Positions 1 through 8,747 of a stretch of DNA of 28,465 nucleotides are shown one piece after another; position 1 is the first letter of the stretch, and each line of letters starts with the position of its first letter. Source of the stretch: an uncultured Dehalococcoidaceae bacterium (GTDB lineage Bacteria > Chloroflexota > Dehalococcoidia > Dehalococcoidales > RBG-16-60-22); the NCBI GenBank assembly GCA_964346525.1, contig CAYFVI010000086.1, positions 1-28,465 of the forward strand. The letters run 5' to 3'. Made by a program: the position numbers and the translations under genes. The notes under the pieces were generated by a model. That model searched no databases, was not told the DNA's origin, and saw only the letters and a list, made by a program, of their open reading frames with translations.

Positions 1-91
1 CGACACCCTGATTCTTTAAAAACTACTTAAGAGAGACGGCCTATTTAGCTTTGGTAGGCCGTGCAGGTCTCGAACCTGCGACACCCTGATT
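1..91. repeat. 13-bp direct repeat CGACACCCTGATT (1-13 and 79-91) plus 8-bp inverted repeat ACGGCCTA/TAGGCCGT (36-43, 55-62); tRNA-Lys-derived
   Basis: Read directly from the sequence. The copy at 1-13 is cut by the window edge and matches the anticodon-stem/variable-loop segment of the tRNA fragment at 52-107. Confidence 0.8.
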
Positions 92-107
92 AAAAGTCAG
101 GTGCTCT
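52..107 (-). tRNA. tRNA-Lys(UUU) 3' fragment, lacking the 5' acceptor strand and most of the D-arm (pseudo-tRNA or att-like)
   Basis: Minus strand reads AGAGC-A-CCTGA-CTTTTAA-TCAGG-GTGTC-GCAGG-TTCGAGA-CCTGC-ACGGCCT-A-CCA: anticodon TTT, T-arm and CCA are intact. Upstream is the folE stop 4 nt away, with no complementary 5' acceptor strand. Confidence 0.75.
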
Positions 108-111
108 GGTT

Positions 112-678
112 TTACTTCCCCTGGATTATGGCGAAGAATTCCGCTCTGCTGGCCGCTTTGCGGCTGAAGATGCCCCTGATGGCCGAGGTTATCACGTTTG
201 TGCCCGGCTTCTTGATGCCGCGCATTATCATGCACAGGTGCTCGGCCTGAATGACCACTGCCACGCCGTCCGGTTCGATGGCGTCCATGATGGTATCGGC
301 AATCTCGGTGGTCATCCGTTCCTGAAGCTGGGGCCGCTTGGAGATTATCTCCACCACGCGGGCCAGTTTGCTGATGCCGACGATTCGGCCCTCATCATTG
401 GGGATGTAGCCGATGTGGGCCACGCCAAAGAAGGGCAACAGATGGTGCTCGCACATTGAGTAGAACGGGATATCCCGCAGCACCACCATCTCGCGGTGGC
501 CGAGCTCAAACCCGACCTTCAGCTCCTCCCGCGGGTCCTGTTCCATGCCTCCGAATAGCTCGGCATACATCTCGGCAACGCGTTCCGGCGTGCCCAACAG
601 TCCCTCCCGGTTTGGGTCGTCCCCGATGGCTTTGATAATTTCATTTATGGCATTTTTGATTTTGGCCTCGTCAAGCAT
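112..678 (-). CDS. folE: GTP cyclohydrolase I
   Basis: Motifs [43 protein letters not shown] and [10 protein letters not shown]. Start trimmed from 855 to ATG at 678 (or 681), which follows AGGAGG and avoids overlap with thrC. Confidence 0.95.
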   Translation of the reverse strand: MLDEAKIKNAINEIIKAIGDDPNREGLLGTPERVAEMYAELFGGMEQDPREELKVGFELGHREMVVLRDIPFYSMCEHHLLPFFGVAHIGYIPNDEGRIVGISKLARVVEIISKRPQLQERMTTEIADTIMDAIEPDGVAVVIQAEHLCMIMRGIKKPGTNVITSAIRGIFSRKAASRAEFFAIIQGK

Positions 679-698
679 CATTGCCTCCTGAAACCCGG

Positions 699-1754
699 TT
701 ATCCCCAGCCCAGAGCCTTCTCTATCTCTTCTATATCTGCTGATAACTGGAGGAAGGGAGGGGCATCCTTCAGGGCGATATCGGTATCTTTCAGACCGGT
801 GCCCGTTATCACGCAGGCAATCGTTTTCCTGGTGAAATCCCATCCCCGATGGCAAAGCTTGACCAGCCCCGCCACTGAAGCCGCTGAAGCCGGTTCACCA
901 AAGACGCCGGCCTTGGTGGCGAGAAGCCTTTGCGCCGCCAGGATTTCGGCATCGCTGACCATGTCAATGAGACCGCCGGATTCGTCACGCGCCGCCACTG
1001 CTTTCTGCCAGCTCGCCGGGTTGCCGATACGTATCGCGGTGGCCACCGTCTCCGGCTTATCAATGGGGTGGCCACGGACGATGGGTGCGGCCCCTTCTGC
1101 CTGGAACCCCATCATCATCGGTTTGTGGCTCGCCTTTCCCCGTTGATGGTATTCTACAAAACCCTTCCAGTAAGCGGTGATGTTGCCGGCGTTGCCCACC
1201 GGAATGAACAGGTAGTCGGGGGCATCGCCAATAGCATCAATGATTTCAAAGGAGGCCGTCTTCTGTCCTTCTATCCGGTGCGGGTTCAATGAGTTCACTA
1301 GGGTGACCGGGTGCTTCTCGGTAAGCGCGCGGACAATCTGCAGCGCCTTATCGAAGTTGCCATCGATGGTCAGTATTCTGGCACCGTAGATAATCGCCTG
1401 CGCCAGCTTGCCGAGGGCAATCTTGCCTTCGGGCACGACGATTATCGCGGTCAGGCTGCAGTAGGCAGCATAGGCGGCCGCCGAGGCGCTGGTATTGCCC
1501 GTGGAGGCGCACATAATGGCCTGGCTCTTCTCTTCCAGCGCCTTGGCCACAGCCACCACCATACCCCGGTCTTTGAAGGAGCCGGTGGGGTTACACCCTT
1601 CCAGCTTGAGGTACAGTTCCCCGCAGCCGATTTCCTTCGCCAGCTGGTCGCATTTGACCAGCGGGGTCTCCCCCTCTCCCAGAGAGAAAAGGGGCGTTTG
1701 GGGGGTAACCGGGAGGAGGTCTTTGTATTTGTGGAGGACGCCTGTTTTCACCAT
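699..1754 (-). CDS. thrC: threonine synthase (short form, PLP-dependent)
   Basis: [23 protein letters not shown] (PLP lysine), [24 protein letters not shown] and [12 protein letters not shown]; adjacent to hom. Confidence 0.95.
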   Translation of the reverse strand: MVKTGVLHKYKDLLPVTPQTPLFSLGEGETPLVKCDQLAKEIGCGELYLKLEGCNPTGSFKDRGMVVAVAKALEEKSQAIMCASTGNTSASAAAYAAYCSLTAIIVVPEGKIALGKLAQAIIYGARILTIDGNFDKALQIVRALTEKHPVTLVNSLNPHRIEGQKTASFEIIDAIGDAPDYLFIPVGNAGNITAYWKGFVEYHQRGKASHKPMMMGFQAEGAAPIVRGHPIDKPETVATAIRIGNPASWQKAVAARDESGGLIDMVSDAEILAAQRLLATKAGVFGEPASAASVAGLVKLCHRGWDFTRKTIACVITGTGLKDTDIALKDAPPFLQLSADIEEIEKALGWG

Positions 1755-1781
1755 CGGCTGAACACCTTGTTTCGGCTGTAA

Positions 1782-3086
1782 TTATATATGCTCCACGCGG
1801 ATGAAGTTGCTTATTTCCTTCACCACCTCAAGCTGTTCAAGCTGACGCAAAGCCTGCTGCATCGCCTCTTCCCGTGTCAGATGGGTGGTTAAAACAAGCT
1901 CGGCGGTCTGGGTAGCAATGTTGGTCTCCTTCTGAATTGCCGAGGCGATGCTGATCATGTTATCGCCCAGTATCTTGGAAATCTGCGCCAGCACGCCGGG
2001 GCGGTCAGCACAGTTCAGACGGAGGTAGTACTGGGTTTCAATCTTATCCATGGGCTTGACCCGTTTTCCTGACTCCGGTTTCCACTTCAGCCGGTTGCCC
2101 ACGTTAAAAGTGATGTCCTGTGCCGAGGCCACGATATCGGCGACCACGGCGCTGCTGGTGGCCAGCGGACCAGCGCCCTGCCCGTAGAACAGCACCTTGC
2201 CGATAAGGTCGCCTTCCACCAGGATGCCATTGTAAACGCCGTCGACCTTGGCCAGAAGCGAGTCCTCCGGGATGAGGACCGGATGCACCCGGACTTCAAT
2301 TGAGCCATCCGCGCGTTTGGCGATGGCCAGGAGCTTTATGGCCAGGCCCAGCTCCCGGGCGTAGCGGAAATCCTGGCTGCCAATGCGGGAGATACCTTCC
2401 CGATAAATGTCCTCAGGCTTGACCATGGTCTGAAAGGCCAGTGAGGCCCTGATGGCCAGCTTGTAATTGGCGTCAATGCCCTCGATGTCATTAACGGGAT
2501 CGGCCTCGGCGTAGCCCAGTTCCTGGGCGCTCTTCAGCGCAACAGGGAAGTCGATGCCCTCGCGCGCCATGCGGGTGAGAATGTAATTGGTGGTCCCGTT
2601 GATGATGGCGTAGATACCGGTTAACTCGTTGGCCACCAGGTCGTGCTTGAACGGCGCAATTATGGGAATGCCGCCGCCAACGCTGGCCTCATAGCGCAGT
2701 CCGACTTTTTGCTGCTGGGCCAGCGCCTGCAGTTCGGCGCCGTGCTTGGCAATGACCTCCTTATTTGAGGTTACCGCATACTTGCCGCCGGCAATGGCCC
2801 GCTTGAGATACTCGCGGGCCGGGCTCTCGCCACCGATGGCTTCAACCATGATATCGATTCCGGATTCATGGAAAAACTCGTCATCGTCCGTGGTCAGAAG
2901 CTCGGCGGGCAGTTCTCTGGCCAGTGACTTATCCAGGTCTGCGGGCAGCACCTTAATCTTGCGCAGGACCAGGGAACAGCCAGCCTGCTCGGCGAGCATC
3001 TCGGCTTTTTCCGTTAAGACCTTGGCCACCTGTCCGCCGATTATCCCCAGGCCCATCAAACCAATGCCAATGCTTCTATCTGTCAT
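1782..3086 (-). CDS. hom: homoserine dehydrogenase with C-terminal ACT domain
   Basis: GLMGLGIIG Rossmann motif, VTSNKEVIA, YEASVGGGIPII, INGTTNYILT, AQELGYAEADP and the ACT signature DRPGVLAQIS. Confidence 0.95.
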   Translation of the reverse strand: MTDRSIGIGLMGLGIIGGQVAKVLTEKAEMLAEQAGCSLVLRKIKVLPADLDKSLARELPAELLTTDDDEFFHESGIDIMVEAIGGESPAREYLKRAIAGGKYAVTSNKEVIAKHGAELQALAQQQKVGLRYEASVGGGIPIIAPFKHDLVANELTGIYAIINGTTNYILTRMAREGIDFPVALKSAQELGYAEADPVNDIEGIDANYKLAIRASLAFQTMVKPEDIYREGISRIGSQDFRYARELGLAIKLLAIAKRADGSIEVRVHPVLIPEDSLLAKVDGVYNGILVEGDLIGKVLFYGQGAGPLATSSAVVADIVASAQDITFNVGNRLKWKPESGKRVKPMDKIETQYYLRLNCADRPGVLAQISKILGDNMISIASAIQKETNIATQTAELVLTTHLTREEAMQQALRQLEQLEVVKEISNFIRVEHI

Positions 3087-3111
3087 TCCACCTCTATACC
3101 TCGCTGTGGTG

Positions 3112-4368
3112 CTAGCCTTTCGCTGCCTGTTCTACTGCCCAGTATTTCTTCTCCTCATCAAGGTAGTTTACGATTTCATAGTCCTTTTCGTCTATCAGCG
3201 AGGTCACCCACTCATCCAGGGCTTTAGCTTTCAGGTGATCCCTGAAGGCAGTATCGATGCGCCGGTCAGGAGCCTCATCAAGCACCTCTACCAGCCAGTA
3301 GCCACCCTTGGTGATTACACTTTCGTCGCTTATTGGCTCGCTTATGGCTCCTATCTCTGTATCCGGGCTATGAACATATTCATCAACCAGTGGTTGCATA
3401 TCGCCTTCTACTACCAGATACTCGCCCAAATTTTCTTTGACCCCTTTTATCTGGGAATGCTCGATGGCCAGGTCTCCCCAATCAGCTCCTGCCTCCAGCT
3501 GTTTCTTGATTTTTAGTGCTTCCTCTGCACTGCCCAGGAGCATTACCTGGATATGCGTCTCTTCCTCCTCATTTCGCTCCAGGACCCTTACCAGCCAGTA
3601 GCCGACCCCTTTCTCCGCTTCCTCATCATATATCGGCTGGCTCAGCTCTCCCACTCCGTGGTCGAAAATATCATCGACAATTGAAGTCTGCAGCATATCC
3701 TGCAGGATATCCCTGGGGACCCAGCCAAAGTCGCCTCCTTTATTTTTAGAGAGCAGATTCAGGCTCATCTCTCCTGAAATTTCGCCAAAGTCCTCACCGT
3801 TCACCAGCTGGCGTCTGACCTCCAGAGCCTGTTCTTGGCTCTCCAGCATCATCGCCATGACCTGCCTTTGCTCGGCATACAATGGCACCTGGGAGCCAAA
3901 GTGCACGTCCAGCAAACGCTCGATTAGCAGTTGATAACGGACCAGGTCGCGGTAGGCCTCTTTGTCAGGCAGGTTATTATCCTTGATTAACTTTTTCACT
4001 TCTTCATCGGTAACGCTGATTCCCAGTTCCAGAGCACCCTGTCTGATGAGCTCATTGCGCTGCATATTCTGCAGTACGGTATCGGCGACCCGTAACGGGT
4101 CTGTATCCGAATAAAAAGCGCTTTCGATTTTCAGCATTTCCACATAATAGTCCATGGTGAACTCAGTGTCATTAACCTTGAGGATCGTCTCACGCAACGG
4201 CTTATACTGGCCTAGGTACCAGCCAATGCCCACGAAGGTCAGCACCAGAGCAATGACGAAGATGCCCGTCATCAAGATAAGGCGCTCTCGCTTTTTCTGT
4301 TGCTCCCAGCGCGATATCTGGTGCGGCGTTAATATGCGCTGAGGCTTCTCCGCCTTCTTTTTGGTCAA
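3112..4368 (-). CDS. membrane-anchored SurA/PrsA-like peptidyl-prolyl isomerase (foldase) with two parvulin-like repeats
   Basis: N-terminal TM (ILMTGIFVIALVLTFVGIGWY), SurA-N-like helices (ELIRQGALELGISVTDEEV), parvulin motifs GEDFGEIS..S..SKNKGGDFGW and GELSQPI, repeated GYWLV.VL. TTG start. Confidence 0.8.
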   Translation of the reverse strand: MTKKKAEKPQRILTPHQISRWEQQKKRERLILMTGIFVIALVLTFVGIGWYLGQYKPLRETILKVNDTEFTMDYYVEMLKIESAFYSDTDPLRVADTVLQNMQRNELIRQGALELGISVTDEEVKKLIKDNNLPDKEAYRDLVRYQLLIERLLDVHFGSQVPLYAEQRQVMAMMLESQEQALEVRRQLVNGEDFGEISGEMSLNLLSKNKGGDFGWVPRDILQDMLQTSIVDDIFDHGVGELSQPIYDEEAEKGVGYWLVRVLERNEEEETHIQVMLLGSAEEALKIKKQLEAGADWGDLAIEHSQIKGVKENLGEYLVVEGDMQPLVDEYVHSPDTEIGAISEPISDESVITKGGYWLVEVLDEAPDRRIDTAFRDHLKAKALDEWVTSLIDEKDYEIVNYLDEEKKYWAVEQAAKG

Positions 4369-4512
4369 TTCTAAATCCTTCTTTCTGCCACAATGGCAAA
4401 ATACTCTTATATTTATAACCCAAAAGCACTATCTTTTCAAATGAGAAGCGGGCGTATTTGCGGAACCGGTGCCGGCGCCAGCGATGCATTCATATTCGGC
4501 CAAACAACATAT

Positions 4513-4529
4513 TGTAACGCATTTGTAAC
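4513..4529 (+). promoter_or_regulatory. direct repeat TGTAAC-N5-TGTAAC (11-bp period), OmpR/PhoB-family-type operator
   Basis: Exact hexamer repeat with a one-helical-turn period in the divergent intergenic region. Confidence 0.5.
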
Positions 4530-4660
4530 AGGATTTTAATGAATATAGCCTCGGTCAATCAATAAAAATTGCGCTGAAAATGCTATCATGGTTAGTACGT
4601 TAGTACCGGTAACATTGGCAATTATGAAGCGGACGACTCGCACTTCAGTTCACTACACTC

Positions 4661-4689
4661 TTGACATTTAACGTCTGGCAAAATAATAT
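4661..4689 (+). promoter_or_regulatory. sigma70-type promoter of the pilB arm (TTGACA-N17-TAATAT)
   Basis: Perfect -35, 17-nt spacer, TAnnnT -10, 56 nt upstream of the 4746 ATG. Confidence 0.65.
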
Positions 4690-4745
4690 TATTTATGTAA
4701 ATCAAATAGGAAATAGCCTGGGAGATAGCGGAGAGGCTGTACTGT

Positions 4746-5636
4746 ATGTTTGGATTGCTCAGAAAAAAGCGCAGCGCAAAAGAGGCAGAAAGAAGGCCAC
4801 CAGAGGAAAGCCACAAGGTTGGGGGCAGAGGAAACGAGGAGCGGATGGGCAGTCTGGTTAACGACCTTGTAGGAGAGCACAGCGCTTCGGCTTCGATTTC
4901 AGTCCGCTCTATTATCAAGGCGGCAATTGGCAGCGCGGAGCAGATTGTTGATAGTATGAAAATGCGAGCGGCGGAAGAAGCTCAGCAAGAAGCGGCGAAG
5001 GTCATTGCTGAGGCCAGGAAAGAAGCGGAAAAGATAAGGGGAGAAGCACCGGTTCAGGGGGCGGCCGCGGAAAATATCATCTCCGCGGTGGGGGAAATTG
5101 CCAAAGAAGAGATAGAGGCGCCGGAACAGGCTCTGGAAGAGATGGTTGTCCCGGAAGAGAAAGAGAGGGCCCAACTTCAAGAGGAAGCAGCAGAACAGGC
5201 GGCGGAAGAAATAGCACCGCAAGATGAAGAGCCCGTGACTCTGGAGCTTGGCGCCGAAGAGGAGGAGCCTGAAAAAGCCGCTCCGAAGGAAGAAGACACG
5301 GAAAGGGAAAAACGGGAAATGTGGGTGACCCAGGAGGAAAGTCAGTCGCTGTACACCGGGGAGGTTGAGTTAATAGTCGCCGTACCGGTTGAACCGACGA
5401 TGGTATCCAAGCTTTACAGTTACCTGCAGACAACGTCCGAAGTAAAATTTGTGCGCACGGTGGGTTCATGGAATAAGGGAAGCGCTATCACCATAGCACT
5501 GGATAAACCAATCCCCTTGATTTCTGTGCTCGCTTCCAAGTTGCCTGAAGCGAATGTGGTGCCTGAGCGAACCGAAGGAAGCGGTCACGTGAAGGGGGCA
5601 AGGCGGAGAATTAACATTTCACTGAAGAATAAATAA
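4746..5636 (+). CDS. hypothetical acidic protein: DivIVA/FliH-like coiled coil, Glu-rich linker, small C-terminal alpha/beta domain
   Basis: AAEEAQQEAAKVIAEARKEAEKIR heptad-like segment, E-rich low-complexity middle, ordered C-terminus (TGEVELIVAVPV...VKFVRTVGSWNKGSAITIALDKP). First gene after the promoter. Confidence 0.65.
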   Translation: MFGLLRKKRSAKEAERRPPEESHKVGGRGNEERMGSLVNDLVGEHSASASISVRSIIKAAIGSAEQIVDSMKMRAAEEAQQEAAKVIAEARKEAEKIRGEAPVQGAAAENIISAVGEIAKEEIEAPEQALEEMVVPEEKERAQLQEEAAEQAAEEIAPQDEEPVTLELGAEEEEPEKAAPKEEDTEREKREMWVTQEESQSLYTGEVELIVAVPVEPTMVSKLYSYLQTTSEVKFVRTVGSWNKGSAITIALDKPIPLISVLASKLPEANVVPERTEGSGHVKGARRRINISLKNK

Positions 5637-5667
5637 TCCACTCTGAGCTAGTCCGGGGGGAAGAGAA

Positions 5668-7371
5668 ATGGAAGCACCGGCAAAAAACGTAAAGAGAGAC
5701 GTTCTCAATATTCTGATGGAGGCCGGGATAATCAACGATGAGCAATTACAGCGCGTCCATGACCTGCAGCAGAAGACTGGAGATAGACTGGAACACATTC
5801 TACTTCAGCAACGGATGGTCACCCAGCAGCAATTAGCCTTTTTTACCAGCCTGCATCTGGGAATACCGTTCATCAATCTGAGAAGAGAAGGCGTCAAGAC
5901 CGATGCCGTGAAGCTGATCCCGGAAGCGGTAGCCAGAAAATATGGCATTATACCGGTTGAAGTAAAGGACAGCACCATTGTGATCGCTATGGAGGACCCC
6001 AAGGATATCGAGGCGATTGAGGATTTGGCCGCGATAACCATGAGAACAATTGAGCCGGTGATCAGCACGGCGCAGGACATCCAGGAAATGATTGATCTCA
6101 ATTACCGCATCGGTGGTGAGCTGGAGGAACAGCTGAGCCAGATTCCCACCCGTTATCGCAGCAGCGGGGGATTGAGAGAGGCCCGGGTATCGCCGGAAAC
6201 GATTGCGCAGGCGCCGGTGGTGCGCGCCATTGACCTGCTGATAAAACAGGCGGTGCGGGACCGCGCCTCCGATGTGCATATCGAGCCGCAGGAAGACAGG
6301 GTGCGAGTTCGCTACCGGATTGACGGAATTCTGAATGAGGTGATGGGCCTGCCGTTAAGTGTGCACGCGCCATTGCTTTCCCGTGTGAAAATCATGGCCG
6401 GGTTGAACATCGCCGAGCGCCGTCGCGCGCAGGATGGCCAGATAACCTTTGACATGGGTGACCGTGAGGTGGATATCCGCGTGGCCACTTCCAACACGAT
6501 ATACGGTGAAATGGCGGTGCTGAGAATACTGGACAAGGCCTTCGCCTTTATGCCTTTGCCGGAAATCGGTTTCATGCCGGAGATGCTGGAAAAATACCTG
6601 AGGATGCTGAAAACACCTTTTGGCATGATACTTATTAGCGGTCCCACCGGTTCCGGTAAAACCACCACGCAGTACGCTTCGGTAAATACGCTTGACTCCG
6701 TGGGGCGCAAGATAATCACCATTGAAGACCCGGTGGAATACCATTTCTCCAATATCAATCAGATGCAGGTCAATCCGGCGGCAGCCGTCACCTTTGCCTC
6801 CGGACTGAGGGCCACGATGCGGCTTGACCCGGATGTGATACTGGTCGGTGAGATACGTGATACGGAGACAGCGCAGATAGCCACCCAGGCCGCCCTTACC
6901 GGACATCTGGTGTTGTCTTCAGTTCACGCCAATGATACCGTAAGCACCATCATTCGAATGATTGACCTCGGTATCGAGCCCTTCCTCATTTCCTCGGCGG
7001 TGATAGGGGTTGTTGCCCAGAGAATGGTGCGCCGCGTCTGCCCGTACTGTTCACGCCCTGTCGAAGTAGCCGCGGAGGAACGGGAAGCTTATGAGGAGGA
7101 AATGGACGAAAAACGCTCTGAATTCATTATCGGTGCCGGGTGCAATTTCTGTGCTGGCACTGGCTATCTGGGACGGACCGGCATCTTTGAGGTGTTATTG
7201 GTCAGTGAGGCCATCCGCAGGATAATTGTAAAAGGCGCCGATTCCGATGAAATACGCTTGCAAGCCAAACAGGAAGGCATGGTCTCCCTGTGGCATGACG
7301 GTATGTTGAAGGTCAAAGAGGGAATTACCACTCCCTATGAGGTTCTGCGTAACGTATTTTCAATTTCTTAA
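5668..7371 (+). CDS. pilB: type IV pilus assembly ATPase PilB (GspE/PulE family) with degenerate MshEN N-terminus
   Basis: RASDVHIEP, Walker A GPTGSGKTT, Asp box TIEDPVE, Walker B DPDVILVGEIRD, His box TGHLVLSSVHAN, tetracysteine CPYC...CNFC...GYLGRTG. Confidence 0.92.
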   Translation: MEAPAKNVKRDVLNILMEAGIINDEQLQRVHDLQQKTGDRLEHILLQQRMVTQQQLAFFTSLHLGIPFINLRREGVKTDAVKLIPEAVARKYGIIPVEVKDSTIVIAMEDPKDIEAIEDLAAITMRTIEPVISTAQDIQEMIDLNYRIGGELEEQLSQIPTRYRSSGGLREARVSPETIAQAPVVRAIDLLIKQAVRDRASDVHIEPQEDRVRVRYRIDGILNEVMGLPLSVHAPLLSRVKIMAGLNIAERRRAQDGQITFDMGDREVDIRVATSNTIYGEMAVLRILDKAFAFMPLPEIGFMPEMLEKYLRMLKTPFGMILISGPTGSGKTTTQYASVNTLDSVGRKIITIEDPVEYHFSNINQMQVNPAAAVTFASGLRATMRLDPDVILVGEIRDTETAQIATQAALTGHLVLSSVHANDTVSTIIRMIDLGIEPFLISSAVIGVVAQRMVRRVCPYCSRPVEVAAEEREAYEEEMDEKRSEFIIGAGCNFCAGTGYLGRTGIFEVLLVSEAIRRIIVKGADSDEIRLQAKQEGMVSLWHDGMLKVKEGITTPYEVLRNVFSIS

Positions 7372-7377
7372 GGGGGG

Positions 7378-8631
7378 ATGATGGCGGGAACGGCTCAGGC
7401 GCCTAATAAACTGAAAGATATCACCTACCGCTATACGGCTTCCACCAGACAGGGCAATCTGGTAAAGGGCAATATCAAGGCCCCCAGCGAGATTGCCGCC
7501 GAACGTTTGCTCATCAATAAAGGATATATCCCAGAGCATGTTGAAGTCGCGCCGTCTATGTTCAGTCTGGAAGAAGCGTTCCCCACCCTCTTCCGTTTAA
7601 AACCCCGTGATATTATCGTTTTCTCCCGTCAGTTGGCTACACTGCTGCGCTCTGGCATCTCGCTGTTGCCGGCACTGGAAATCCTGCAGGGGCAGGCTGC
7701 CAGCAGCCGCGCTTTTAGAAGCGTTCTGGCCAGTATCGTGAATGATATTCGATCCGGAGGTTCGTTCTCGCAGGCGGTGAAAAAAAATCCCAAAGCATTT
7801 AGCGAGATTTACTGCCGCACCATCGCCGTTGGCGAGGAGACGGGCAACCTGGATATGACGCTCAACCAGATGGCTGACTTCATGGAGAAGCATCAGGCGA
7901 TGACCCAGAAGGTGAAAAAAGCGATGACCTACCCGATGATAGTCATGGGTGTTGGCGTCGTCGTGGTCTTTATGTTGATAACCGTGGTTATGCCCCAGTT
8001 GCTGGGCATGTTTTCCGCGCTGAATGTAGAGTTACCCTTGCCGACCAAGATTCTCATTGCCATTACCGAGATATTTCAAAATTACACCCTTTATATTGTC
8101 GTGGGTGGGGCATTATTGCTTGCTGTATTTCTCTGGATGACAAAACAACCCTCTGGGAAGCGGGTGCTGGACCGTCTACGGCTCAGCATGCCGATTATCG
8201 GTCCGCCGGCTCTTATGGCAGAGTTGGGGCGCTTTGCCAGAACGCTCTCGGTGATGATCGGTGCCGGACTTAAACTGCAAGAAACGATGGAGTTGCTGCC
8301 ACAGGCGACGGCCAATATGCTTTTCCGTGATTCTCTGCACAAAGTCAACGAGCGGTTGCTACTCGGCGAGGGGTTGTCCGAGCCGATGAGCCGGGTCAGC
8401 CTGTTTCCGCCGCTGCTTGTGCAGATGGTTGCGGTGGGCGAAGAGAGCAACACCCTGGACTTCACCATGGGGGTGGTAGCTGATTTCTATGAAACGGCCG
8501 CGGAAGAAAAAACCGCTGCCATGGTGGGCCTGATAGGCCCCGTCAGTACCATCGGCATCGCCCTGCTGGTCGGCTTCATTGCCGTATCTATTCTTATGCC
8601 GATGTATACCCTCACCGGCGCCTTCGGTTAA
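7378..8631 (+). CDS. pilC: type IV pilus platform protein PilC (GspF family), copy 1
   Basis: FSRQLATLLRSG, VGEETGNLD, AMTYP, TM segments, VAVGEESNTLD; directly follows pilB. Start at 7378 or 7381. Confidence 0.92.
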   Translation: MMAGTAQAPNKLKDITYRYTASTRQGNLVKGNIKAPSEIAAERLLINKGYIPEHVEVAPSMFSLEEAFPTLFRLKPRDIIVFSRQLATLLRSGISLLPALEILQGQAASSRAFRSVLASIVNDIRSGGSFSQAVKKNPKAFSEIYCRTIAVGEETGNLDMTLNQMADFMEKHQAMTQKVKKAMTYPMIVMGVGVVVVFMLITVVMPQLLGMFSALNVELPLPTKILIAITEIFQNYTLYIVVGGALLLAVFLWMTKQPSGKRVLDRLRLSMPIIGPPALMAELGRFARTLSVMIGAGLKLQETMELLPQATANMLFRDSLHKVNERLLLGEGLSEPMSRVSLFPPLLVQMVAVGEESNTLDFTMGVVADFYETAAEEKTAAMVGLIGPVSTIGIALLVGFIAVSILMPMYTLTGAFG

Positions 8632-8671
8632 TTGACACGGGTCACTTAACCATTTATTTGAATAATTACCT

Positions 8672-8700
8672 TTGGTGGGGCAGGGGAAAGAGTTTATAAT
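8672..8700 (+). promoter_or_regulatory. possible internal sigma70-type promoter (TTGGTG-N17-TATAAT)
   Basis: Perfect -10 and partial -35 at 17 nt, in the 116-nt gap after pilC. Confidence 0.45.
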
Positions 8701-8747
8701 AATCTTAAGCCTACGGTACGCTTGCGCTAGACGAGAGGAGTAACATA

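Noticed and set aside
1-107. CRISPR array or tmRNA at the left edge
   Set aside because: Only two partial repeats, both tRNA-Lys-derived, and no cas genes. The fragment has a Lys anticodon arm and lacks the tmRNA alanyl G-U acceptor and tag frame.
679-855. Long N-terminal extensions of folE (to 855), the LuxR regulator (to 15868), pilT (to 23641) and the pilX-like gene (to 26559)
   Set aside because: They overlap upstream genes, while downstream starts have RBS-like sites and match the family N-termini.
2746-3516. 256-aa + strand ORF and other long antisense or alternate-frame ORFs (e.g. 6355-6906, 10486-11040, 17709-18245, 18846-19403, 19452-20237)
   Set aside because: They fully overlap well-supported genes and show no recognisable motifs; these are shadow ORFs.
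4506-4514. Recurring AACATATT(G) at 4506, 8742 and 14989-14982 (minus strand)
   Set aside because: AT-rich 8-mer found post hoc, with inconsistent position relative to promoters; compatible with chance.
4202-4918. Small ORFs in or near the divergent intergenic region (4202-4489, 4622-4918, 4661-4861, 4689-4880)
   Set aside because: They overlap real genes or promoter elements and lack an RBS or coherent protein features.
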